From Thermofilaceae archaeon (GTDB taxonomy: Archaea; Thermoproteota; Thermoprotei; Thermofilales; Thermofilaceae): 35,286 nt of DNA. The position numbers and the translations under genes were made by a program. Within the stretch, counting starts at the first letter, position 1; every line of letters starts with the position of its first letter. Location of the stretch: contig JAVYWK010000020.1 in NCBI GenBank assembly GCA_038727095.1, positions 1 through 35,286 of the forward strand, read 5' to 3'. The notes below the pieces were generated by a model. It did no database searches. It was not told where the DNA came from and was given only the letters and a program-made list of their open reading frames with translations. Positions 17,496-26,148 of this stretch are shown in pieces.

Positions 17496-18113
17496 TTGCG
17501 CGAGCTCAAGTTCAGGGGCCTCCGCGTGAGTGTCGAGGGCTTCGCGGGCGCCCGGCTGACATGGAAGCACCTAACGGTCTGCGTGGACGTGCCCAACCCC
17601 CAGGGCTGCGACTACGCCCTGTACACGCACCCGCACCCACGGCACTACGCGGCTGGCACCCCCCTTGCGGAGGATCGCACTATCTCCCCCTGGCTCGGCC
17701 TGCGCGTGAAGCCCGGCGACACGCTCCGCCTAGGTGAGGGCGTGTCAGTTGAAGTGGTTGAGGCGTACAACAGACCTGACCGGGGCGGTACGGTAGCGCA
17801 CCCGAAGGGGTTCGGCGTCGGGTACGTGCTGAGCTTCGAGGGGTTGAGGGTCTACCACATGGGTGACACCGACCTAGTGGACGAGGTTCTAGGGGTGGCT
17901 GAGGGGGGCGTGGATCTGGCCTTCGTACCCGTGGGTGGGGGAGCGGTGATGACGCCCGATGAAGCGAGGGAAGCTGTAAGGAGCCTGAGACCCACGCTTA
18001 CAATCCCCGTCCACTATGAGAGCGAGAGAGAGCTCTTCACCTTCCGGGACATGGTTCAACCCTACACGCAGGTCGTCATCCTGGGTGAGCGTAAGTGGCT
18101 GAGGAGGTTCTAA
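17496..18113 (+). CDS. Metallo-beta-lactamase-fold protein
   Basis: THPHPRH (HxHxDH-like), EAYN, HPKG, VYHMGDT and IPVHY. TTG 17496 is the likely start. Confidence 0.8.
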   Translation: MRELKFRGLRVSVEGFAGARLTWKHLTVCVDVPNPQGCDYALYTHPHPRHYAAGTPLAEDRTISPWLGLRVKPGDTLRLGEGVSVEVVEAYNRPDRGGTVAHPKGFGVGYVLSFEGLRVYHMGDTDLVDEVLGVAEGGVDLAFVPVGGGAVMTPDEAREAVRSLRPTLTIPVHYESERELFTFRDMVQPYTQVVILGERKWLRRF

Positions 18114-19987
18114 GGCTCGTCTACTCAGAGGAAGCACTCGTAAGCCCGAGCACGCGGTGGAAGGCGATCACCGTCGAGGAGTACAAGGCCGTCTACGAGT
18201 CCAGCCTCAGGGACCTTGAAGGCTTCTGGGCTAAGGAAGCCTCCAAGCTCGAGTGGCGCTCGCCGTGGCTTAAGGTTCGCGAGGGAGCACCGCCGAGGAC
18301 GCGCTGGTTTACCGGGGGCTTGATCAGCGCCTACGACAACGTGCTGGGCCGGCACAGGAGTAGCTGGGTGTGGAGCAAGCCGGCGCTCATCTGGGAGGGG
18401 GAGGACTATCAAGTGGAGGTTCTCACCTACGCGGACCTGGACTCGCTGGCTTCGAGGATCGCGGGCGCGCTGAAGGCCTTCGGCGTAGGCGCTGGGGACT
18501 GGGTGGTCTTCTACGCACCTCCGGTTCCGCAGGTGCTTGCAGCTATGCTAGCATGCGCGAAGCTGGGTGCCCCCTTCGAGCCGGTCTTCACCGGCTTCGG
18601 CTACGGAGTCCTCGCTGAGCGACTAGCTGCGAGAGGGGCGAAGCTGCTGGTGACTGTGGACGGCTTCTACAGGAGGGGTAAGCCCCTGAACACCCTCTCA
18701 GTGGCGAGGAAGGCGTTGGAGAGGTGCAACCGAGGGGTCGGAGTCGTAGTGGTCGAGAGGGTTGGGTCCGCGAGCCTCAGGGAGGGCGAGCTGAGCTTCG
18801 ACGACCTGCTCCGCTCGGCGAAACCGATCGATGAGAGCTTCGCGGGCCCCTCCGAGCACCCACTCTTCGGCCTCAGCCCCGGCTACGAGGAGGGGTTCAA
18901 GCCTTTGACGCATGGCACGGGGGGCTACCTTACGCAGGTGTTCGCCACGACCAGGTGGATGGGGCTTAGGCCGCGCGACACCTACTTCTGCACGGTCTGG
19001 CCCGGCTGGATCACCGGAGTCAGTTACGTGGTCTTCGGCCCCCTCATGGTGGGCTCCACGATTGTCGCGTACGAAGGTGGGCCGGACTGGCCTCAGTGGG
19101 ACAGGTGGTGGGACATCATCGAAACGTACGCTGTAACGGTCTTCCTCACAACCGGCGGCGCGCTCAGGCTCCTCAGGAGGAGAGCGCCTGAAGCGCATAG
19201 GGGCCGCAACCTCGACACTCTCAGGGCGATCCTCGTGACCGCTGAACCGCTGGAGGTTGAAGTCTGGGAGTGGGCTTACAGGCACCTCGGCACGGGCACC
19301 ACGCCGATCGTCGACTCGAACCCCTCAAAGCTCACAGGGCGCATACCTGTCGTCTGCATGTACGTGCAGAGCGAGCTGGGAACATTCGTCACTGGGAACC
19401 TCCTCAACTACACCTTCCCACCCCTTGTTCCGGGCTCGGTGGGTCCACCGATACCGGGCTTCCACCTCGACGTTGTGGATGCCGAGGGCCGCGCGGTCAG
19501 GGGGGAGATCGGGGAGCTGGTCGTTAGAGCCCCATGGCCCGCGATGCCGGTCGAGTACCCGGAGGAGTTTGAGAGGGCCTGGCGTGACGGCTTCTACAGG
19601 ACTGGCGATTTCGCCCTTATGCGTCCTGACGGCTACCTCTTCGTCCTCGGCAGGAGGGATGAGGTCATGAAGGTGAGCGGCTACAGGTTGAGCCCCGGCG
19701 CCCTCGAGAGGGCTGCGGAAAGCCTCGCGGGGGTTGTATCAGCCGTAGTGGTTAAAGCGAGAGACGAACTCCGCTTTGAAGCCCCCTTCCTCGCCTTCCA
19801 GGGCTCCGCGGATCCGGAAACCGTCAAGCGAGCCGTGCGCGAGATCGTGGGGGCCATAGCGGAGCCCCAGACGGTCGCAAGATTCGATAGCCTGGGAGCA
19901 TCGAAGGAGGAAGTACGATCGAGGCTCAAGCGGATCCTCCGCAAAGAGGCACCGGGAGAGCTGTTGGACGCTAGAGGAAGGGGTTAG
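18095..19987 (+). CDS. AMP-forming acetyl-CoA synthetase-like protein, divergent
   Basis: ACS-like N-terminus (FWAKEA..LEW, RWFTGG, KPALIWEGE), GWITG.SY, YRTGD and GRRDEVMKVSGYRL. P-loop and C-terminal Lys motifs are degenerate. Confidence 0.8.
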   Translation: MAEEVLRLVYSEEALVSPSTRWKAITVEEYKAVYESSLRDLEGFWAKEASKLEWRSPWLKVREGAPPRTRWFTGGLISAYDNVLGRHRSSWVWSKPALIWEGEDYQVEVLTYADLDSLASRIAGALKAFGVGAGDWVVFYAPPVPQVLAAMLACAKLGAPFEPVFTGFGYGVLAERLAARGAKLLVTVDGFYRRGKPLNTLSVARKALERCNRGVGVVVVERVGSASLREGELSFDDLLRSAKPIDESFAGPSEHPLFGLSPGYEEGFKPLTHGTGGYLTQVFATTRWMGLRPRDTYFCTVWPGWITGVSYVVFGPLMVGSTIVAYEGGPDWPQWDRWWDIIETYAVTVFLTTGGALRLLRRRAPEAHRGRNLDTLRAILVTAEPLEVEVWEWAYRHLGTGTTPIVDSNPSKLTGRIPVVCMYVQSELGTFVTGNLLNYTFPPLVPGSVGPPIPGFHLDVVDAEGRAVRGEIGELVVRAPWPAMPVEYPEEFERAWRDGFYRTGDFALMRPDGYLFVLGRRDEVMKVSGYRLSPGALERAAESLAGVVSAVVVKARDELRFEAPFLAFQGSADPETVKRAVREIVGAIAEPQTVARFDSLGASKEEVRSRLKRILRKEAPGELLDARGRG

Positions 19988-20147
19988 TGCGGCAGCCGCG
20001 TGCAGCCTAACCGGGGTTCACAGCATAGTTCTCGCGAGCGAAAACCCGGCCGCCTCTGATGGACGTTTGCGCAGCCAAGGTGTTTTACGCCCTCGAGCCA
20101 GGAGAGCCAAGGTTTTTCACCGAGCACCCAACTTCGGTTAAGATTTT

Positions 20148-21617
20148 TTGGAAAGCAGGATTTTATGGGAGAGGTCTGCGGCGCAGCCCGTGAGCTTTAG
20201 GCTGACCCAGAGGCTGCGGAGAGAGGGTGTTCCGGCTGAGAGGGTGGCAGCCTTCATCGAGAGGGTGAAACCCGTTCTGGGCGAACGCTGCTCGACAAGA
20301 TTCTCCGACCTCGTCTCCTACAGCAGGGACTACTGGCCGATCAGCCTCCACTGGCTCTTGAAGGGTGAGGTCCCTTCGCTGCCGGATGCTGTCGTGTGGC
20401 CCGAGAGCACGGAGGAAGTGGCACTCGTCGTGAGCGCAGCCAGCAGCTTGGGCATCCCCGTGTACCCCTACGGAGGGGGGTCCGGAGTTCTCGGAGGAGC
20501 TGTGCCCGAGATGGGGGGTGTTGTGGTCGACTTGAAGAGGATGCGCAGCATCCGACTCTACGAGGAGGACTTCATCGTGGAAGCTGAAGCGGGCGTCAAC
20601 GGCTACTACCTGGAGAGCTACCTGAACTACAGGGGCTTGACGCTGGGGCAGATCCCCCAGTCCCTCTACCCCTCCACGGTGGGGGGATGGGTGGCGACGA
20701 AGGCGACGGGGCAGTTCAGCACAAAGTACGGGGGGATTGAGGACATGGTGCTAGGCCTAGAGGTCGTTCTACCGACCGGCGAGATCGCCAGGTTCCCACC
20801 CCACCCGAGGAGCTCGACGGGGCCGGACCTCATGAGGTTGTTCATCGGGAGCGAGGGGGCGCTCGGGATCATCACTAGGGTCTGGCTGAGGGTGCAGCCC
20901 TACCCGGAGGAGAGAGTCCTCCAGTCCTTCGTGCACGAGAGCTTCGAAGAGGCCCTGCAAGCCGTGAGGAGGGTTCTGGCGAGGGGCGCTAAACCGGCCG
21001 TCGTGAGAGTGTACGATAGGATCGAGACGAAGAGGCACTTCTACGCGTTCGAGGAAGCATACGGGAAGGTGCTGACCATCGTCATCCTCGAGGGCTCCTC
21101 CGAGGTCGTCAGAGCTGAGGCAGGGATCCTCGAGCGCGAGATGGGGGGTAAGCCTCTGGGGGAGGAACCTGTGAGGCACTGGTTGAGAACCCGCTTCGAC
21201 GTTAGGGAGGCCCCCGAGTTCGCCCCTCTGGGCGTGGTCTTCGACACTATCGAGGTGGCAGCCCCGTGGAGCCGAGTTGTCGAGCTCTACCACCGGTTCA
21301 AGGAGGCCGTGGGGAGCGTAGATGGAGTGCTCTTCGTCTCAGCCCACGCATCCCACTTCTACCTGCAGGGGGCTTGCCTCTACTTCACCTTCGCCGGTGT
21401 ACCGAGGGGGGATCCGACGGAGTTCTACAACAGGGTTTGGGATGCGGCGATGCGGGCCACCCTCGAGTGCGGGGGTGCGATCAGCCACCACCACGGCATC
21501 GGTAGGCAGAGGAGGCCGTGGCTGAGGGACGCGCTTGGCGGCGGCTACACTGTTCTGGCGAGGGTCAAGACAGCGCTCGACCCTAGGGGTGTAATGAACC
21601 CGGGGTGGGGTGCTTAG
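20148..21617 (+). CDS. FAD-linked oxidase, alkyl-dihydroxyacetone-phosphate synthase-like
   Basis: PYGGGSGVLGG, PQSLYPSTVGGWVAT, GSEGALGIIT, HASHFY..GACLYFTF, SHHHGIG and LDP.GVMNPG. Confidence 0.85.
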   Translation: MESRILWERSAAQPVSFRLTQRLRREGVPAERVAAFIERVKPVLGERCSTRFSDLVSYSRDYWPISLHWLLKGEVPSLPDAVVWPESTEEVALVVSAASSLGIPVYPYGGGSGVLGGAVPEMGGVVVDLKRMRSIRLYEEDFIVEAEAGVNGYYLESYLNYRGLTLGQIPQSLYPSTVGGWVATKATGQFSTKYGGIEDMVLGLEVVLPTGEIARFPPHPRSSTGPDLMRLFIGSEGALGIITRVWLRVQPYPEERVLQSFVHESFEEALQAVRRVLARGAKPAVVRVYDRIETKRHFYAFEEAYGKVLTIVILEGSSEVVRAEAGILEREMGGKPLGEEPVRHWLRTRFDVREAPEFAPLGVVFDTIEVAAPWSRVVELYHRFKEAVGSVDGVLFVSAHASHFYLQGACLYFTFAGVPRGDPTEFYNRVWDAAMRATLECGGAISHHHGIGRQRRPWLRDALGGGYTVLARVKTALDPRGVMNPGWGA

Positions 21618-22772
21618 ATGCCGGGCAGGTGGAGCTGGCTTCTCGAGGAGGTTGGGCTGAGGAAGCTCATCTTCAGCCCGCTCGTCTACAGGTACATCAT
21701 GGGCGAGCTCCGCGGCGCCAGCGACCTGGTGAAGTGCGCCCTCTGCCCCAACATGTGCAGGCACGCTTGCCCCGTGAGCATAGTCGATGGGAGGGAGACG
21801 ACGTCACCTTCGGGGAAGGCGAGGCTGGGCATGCTCGTGGAGAGGGGTTACGTCGACCTCGATCGTGACGTTGCAGAGGCGATCTACGCGTGCCTCTCCT
21901 GCGAAGCTTGCAGAAAGTGGTGCTACTTCAGCTTCTCGGTCGATGAGCTCTTGAGGCCGCTCAGGGGTAGGAGCATCGAGGAGGGAAAAGCCCCAAGGGG
22001 CGTCCAAGCACTGCTCTCGAACTTGAGCGAACACGGGTACCCGTACGGTGAGCCGAGAAGCCAAGCGCGGCCGAGCGGGGGTGGCGTCGTGTACTTCCCC
22101 GGCTGTGTGACCACGGAGCACTTGCCAGAGCTAGCCGAGAGTGCGCTCCGGCTGCTCGAGCTCCTCGGCTTCAACGCACAGCCCCTTGAGGGGGTCTGCT
22201 GTGGCGCCCCAGCCTACTACGCGGGAGACGAAAGGCTGTTCAAGCGTTTAGCCGCGAGGCTAGCTGAGGCCCTCGAATCCGCTGAACCGCGCCTCGTGGT
22301 TGCTTCGTGCCCCTCCTGCGTTCACGCCCTCCGCAACCTCTACCCCAGTCTGGGCTTGAGAGTGCCACCGCGCGTGCTACACGTCGCCGAGCTCCTGGCG
22401 GAGCAACAGCAGTTCCCGGGTAAAGGTACCAGCCTAAGAATCACATACCATGACCCTTGCAAGCTCGTCTACGCCCTGGGCAAGCCCAACCTCCTGAGGG
22501 AGCTCCTCGCGCGCTTGGGGGTCAGCGTCGTGGATCCAAGGAGGAGGGGGGATGAGACCTTCTGCTGCGGTTACGGTGGGACGCTGCCCTTCTCCCACAG
22601 AGAGTTGGCCGATTCCATTGCTAGGGAGCGGTTGGGCGAGCTCAAGGAGGCGGCGGAAACCGTGGTGACCGCCTGCCCAGCCTGCAAGCTGGCTTTCACC
22701 CGGAATGGTGGAAGGGTCCTCGACGTCGCTGAGCTTGCCGTTAGCCTACTGGGTGGTGAGCGTGGGGGTTGA
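21618..22772 (+). CDS. Fe-S oxidoreductase (GlpC/GlcF/HdrD-like, CCG domains)
   Basis: CALCPNMC...CP, CLSCEAC...C, YFPGC, CCG, YHDPC, second CCG, and TACPAC. Confidence 0.9.
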   Translation: MPGRWSWLLEEVGLRKLIFSPLVYRYIMGELRGASDLVKCALCPNMCRHACPVSIVDGRETTSPSGKARLGMLVERGYVDLDRDVAEAIYACLSCEACRKWCYFSFSVDELLRPLRGRSIEEGKAPRGVQALLSNLSEHGYPYGEPRSQARPSGGGVVYFPGCVTTEHLPELAESALRLLELLGFNAQPLEGVCCGAPAYYAGDERLFKRLAARLAEALESAEPRLVVASCPSCVHALRNLYPSLGLRVPPRVLHVAELLAEQQQFPGKGTSLRITYHDPCKLVYALGKPNLLRELLARLGVSVVDPRRRGDETFCCGYGGTLPFSHRELADSIARERLGELKEAAETVVTACPACKLAFTRNGGRVLDVAELAVSLLGGERGG

Positions 22773-24525
22773 GCGCAAGATCCGAGCAGTGCTGGAGAAG
22801 TACCGGGGCTACAACCTGTCCTTCGAGATCAGGGACGGGATCGTCTTCCTCTACGGGAGGGTTAACAGCCACGAGGAGTGGGTTCGGATCGGGCTCGAGG
22901 TCGGCAGGATCAGGGGGGTTGAGGGCGTTGTAAACAGGATCGTGTGGGACGGCTACCCGGAGGAGGAAGCGAAAAAGAGGGAGGAGAGGCGCAGGAAGAT
23001 CTTCGAGGAGAACAAGGACAAGGTGGTGGGCAGCTACGACGTTGTAATCGTGGGCGGAGGCGTCGTGGGAGCTGCGATAGCACGGAGCCTGTCAAAGTAC
23101 CAACTGAAGATCGCGCTCCTCGAGAAAGCTCCAGACGTGGGGGCTGGGACGACAAAGGCTAACAACGGCATGATTCACGCTGGGGTCGAGCCGCCGCGGG
23201 GCACTCTCAAGCGGAAGCTAAACGTTGAGGGCTGCAGAATGTACGAGAAGTGGGCTCAGGAGCTGCGCTTCAAGTACAAGAGGGTTGGAAGCCTGTGGCT
23301 GATAACGCCGAGGACGCTGGCGAAGTACAAGAAGTACATCCCCGGCCCCCTCTACACGCTCATCCTCAAGTACGTGCTCCCCTACATCGTCGTTCTCAAG
23401 GGGTTGATTAACGGGGTTTCAGGGTTAAAGGTGGTGCGCGGTCGGAAGCTCTTCGAGATGGAGCCGTACGCGGCGCGAGACGCTCTCGCTGCAGTGTACG
23501 TCCCCTGGACCGGCATCGTCGATCCCTACGAGGTGGCCATCGCCCTCGCCGAGAACGCCGCTGCGAACGGCGTCGAGATACACACGAGCACGGAGGTTGT
23601 CGGCTTCGTCAGGGAGGGGGATGCGGTTAAGGGGGTTGTGACCAATCGCGGAACCTTCCTCTGCAGGTACGTGGTTAACGCTGCCGGCCTCTACGCTGAC
23701 GAGATAGCCGAGCTCGCCGGGAGCCCCGAGTTCACCATCCACCCGAGGAAGGGGGTCATCGTGCTCTTCCACCGGTGCACCAGCCGGTACATCAACCACT
23801 GCTTAGCCGAGATCATCCTCCCGCCACACCCGCTGACGAAGGGCGGCGGGATTAACCCTACTATCCACGGCAACGTGATGTGGGGGCCTACAGCGGTGGA
23901 GGTGCCCGACAAGGAGGATACATCGGTGAGCAGTGAGGAGGTGGACCTGATCCTGAGCAAGTACTCCACGATCCTGAGCGAGTTCCCGAAGGACCGGGTG
24001 ATCAGGTACTTCGCCGGTGTGAGAGCTGCCACTTTCAACGAGGACTTCATCATCAGGCCGGCGAAGTGGGTTCGCAACCTGCTTCACGTGGCTGGCATCC
24101 AATCGCCCGGGCTCGCCGCTGCTCCCGCCATCGCTGAGTACGCAGTAAAGAAGCTGAGGGAGATGGGGTTGGAGCTCCGGGAGAAACCCGACTTCAATCC
24201 CTACAGGGAGCCGATCCCGTCCCTGAGGGAAATGAGCGAGGAGGAGATCGAGGAGAGGGTGAGGAGAGACCCGAGGTGGGGGAACGTGCTCTGCGAGTGC
24301 GAGATGGTATCCGAGGCTGAGGTGGTCGAGGCAGTGAGGAGGGGTGCCCGCACGCTCGACGCGGTGAAGAGTAGGACGAGAGCCGGTATGGGTGAGTGCC
24401 AGGGCAGCAGGTGCTTGCTCAGAGTAGCCGAAGTGCTCGCCAGGGAACTGGGAGTTCCGATGACCGAGCTGTTGAAGGAGGAGGCCCCCCTCTTCGACGG
24501 CTACGTGAGGGGTGAGGCGTGGTGA
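22762..24525 (+). CDS. GlpA-like FAD-dependent (glycerol-3-phosphate-type) dehydrogenase with N-terminal BON domain and C-terminal BFD-like [2Fe-2S] domain
   Basis: BON-like first ~60 aa, VGGGVVG, TTKANNGMIHAG, GIQSPGL, CECE and RTRAGMGECQG..C. Confidence 0.88.
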   Translation: MGVERKIRAVLEKYRGYNLSFEIRDGIVFLYGRVNSHEEWVRIGLEVGRIRGVEGVVNRIVWDGYPEEEAKKREERRRKIFEENKDKVVGSYDVVIVGGGVVGAAIARSLSKYQLKIALLEKAPDVGAGTTKANNGMIHAGVEPPRGTLKRKLNVEGCRMYEKWAQELRFKYKRVGSLWLITPRTLAKYKKYIPGPLYTLILKYVLPYIVVLKGLINGVSGLKVVRGRKLFEMEPYAARDALAAVYVPWTGIVDPYEVAIALAENAAANGVEIHTSTEVVGFVREGDAVKGVVTNRGTFLCRYVVNAAGLYADEIAELAGSPEFTIHPRKGVIVLFHRCTSRYINHCLAEIILPPHPLTKGGGINPTIHGNVMWGPTAVEVPDKEDTSVSSEEVDLILSKYSTILSEFPKDRVIRYFAGVRAATFNEDFIIRPAKWVRNLLHVAGIQSPGLAAAPAIAEYAVKKLREMGLELREKPDFNPYREPIPSLREMSEEEIEERVRRDPRWGNVLCECEMVSEAEVVEAVRRGARTLDAVKSRTRAGMGECQGSRCLLRVAEVLARELGVPMTELLKEEAPLFDGYVRGEAW

Positions 24526-25778
24526 TGCGTGTCAAGCGGGACGTCATCGTCGTGGGCGGCGGCCCCTCGGGTCTAGCGGCTGCTACGAGGCTGGCCGAAA
24601 GGGGTTGCAGCGTGGCGATCGTCGAGCTGGAAGGCGAGCTGGGCGGGATCCTGCTGCAGTGCATTCACGACGGCTTCGGGACGAAGCTCTTCGGTGAAGC
24701 GCTCTCGGGCCCGGAGTTCGCGGCGAAGTTCGTTGATCGGCTCCAGGGGCTCGGAGTTGAAAGCTACACGCGCACCTTCGTCACGAGGGTTCAGCGAGAG
24801 GGCGGCGCCTGGTCTCTGAGGGCTGTGAGCCCGAGGGGGCTCCTCGAGTTCAGCTGTAGGGCGCTGGTCTACGCTACAGGCTGCAGGGAGAGGACGCCCT
24901 TCGAGATAAGGGTTGGCGGGACCCGCCCTTCAGGCGTTTACACGGCAGGGATGGTGCAGCGGCTCGTGAACCTGTACGGCATCCTACCCGGAAAGAGGGT
25001 TCTGATAGTCGGCGGTGGTGACGTGGGGATGATCGTCGCTCGCCACCTCTACCTTGAGGGCGCCGAGGAGGTAATGATCGTTTTCCCTGAGCCCTGGTTC
25101 GCTGGGCTGCCCAGGAACGTGCAGCAGTGCGTCCTCGACTTCGGCATACCCTTCAGGCCGAGGACCACCGTGAAGGCGATAGTGGGCAGGGAGAGGGTGA
25201 GGGGTGCCATCCTCGTGAGGGTGGACGAGCGGTGGAGGCCAATCGAGGGGACGGAGGAGTTCTACCCCTGCGACGCCATCGTCTTCTCCGTCGGCCTCGT
25301 CCCCAACGCCTCCCAGCTAGAGGAGCTGGGCGCTCAAATCGATCCCAGGAGCAGGGGTCCCGTCGTGAACGAATTCTTCGAGACTACGCTCAGGGGGGTC
25401 TTCGCGGTCGGCAACCTCGTGACAGTGTTCGACTACGTCGACGACGCGGTGGAAACAGCGTTCCTAGCAGCGGGAGGAGTGTGTAAGCATCTGAGCGGTG
25501 AGCGGAGGAGGGAGAAACCGATCCCACTGGCCCCCGGCTCAAGCGTCAGGCTGCTGATCCCGCACCGGGTTGAGTGGAGCGATGGGGGCACTATAGTCGC
25601 CTTCTTCAGGCCTTCGGTCGAGAAGGAGAACGCGAGGATCTCCATGATAGGGGAGGGAGGGTTGGAGCTCCTCTCGGCTCGGCGCAGGTTTGTGCGCCCC
25701 TCCCTGCTGGAGAGGCTCGAGATCCCCCGAGAGCTGGTCGAGCGTTCGCCGGGCGGGGTGCGGGTGGATGTCGAGTAG
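24519..25778 (+). CDS. NAD(P)/FAD-dependent oxidoreductase (partner of the GlpA-like subunit)
   Basis: VGGGPSG, GGIL.QCIHDGFG, ATGCRER, VGGGDVG and FAVGN. Confidence 0.9.
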   Translation: MVMRVKRDVIVVGGGPSGLAAATRLAERGCSVAIVELEGELGGILLQCIHDGFGTKLFGEALSGPEFAAKFVDRLQGLGVESYTRTFVTRVQREGGAWSLRAVSPRGLLEFSCRALVYATGCRERTPFEIRVGGTRPSGVYTAGMVQRLVNLYGILPGKRVLIVGGGDVGMIVARHLYLEGAEEVMIVFPEPWFAGLPRNVQQCVLDFGIPFRPRTTVKAIVGRERVRGAILVRVDERWRPIEGTEEFYPCDAIVFSVGLVPNASQLEELGAQIDPRSRGPVVNEFFETTLRGVFAVGNLVTVFDYVDDAVETAFLAAGGVCKHLSGERRREKPIPLAPGSSVRLLIPHRVEWSDGGTIVAFFRPSVEKENARISMIGEGGLELLSARRRFVRPSLLERLEIPRELVERSPGGVRVDVE

Positions 25779-26148
25779 AGTGGTGTGCGTCAGGTGCCCG
25801 AAGGGCTGCGTAATCGACGTCACCATCGAGGGGGGTAGGGTGAAGGATGCTAGAGGTTACGGCTGCAACATCGGGCTGGAGCACGCGAGGGAGGAGGTTG
25901 TCAATCCGATGAGGGTCGTCTGCACGACTGTTCGAATCCGGGGTGGCAGGTACCCGAGGCTGCCCGTGAGGACTTCCAAGCCCGTTCCGAGGGAGAGGAT
26001 CAGGGAGGTGATCGAAGCTGTACGCGGCTTGGTGGTGGAAGCCCCAGTGGAGAGGGGGAGCGTGATCGTTGGGAACGTTGCTGGCACAGGCGCAGACATT
26101 ATAGCCGAGACTTCAATGGAGCGTGAGGAGCGATGGGGTACTTCCTGA
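25768..26148 (+). CDS. DUF1667 four-Cys small subunit
   Basis: From ATG 25768: CVRCPKGC...GYGC..G..A.EE..NP.R, LPVRTSKPVP. Confidence 0.85.
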   Translation: MSSRVVCVRCPKGCVIDVTIEGGRVKDARGYGCNIGLEHAREEVVNPMRVVCTTVRIRGGRYPRLPVRTSKPVPRERIREVIEAVRGLVVEAPVERGSVIVGNVAGTGADIIAETSMEREERWGTS

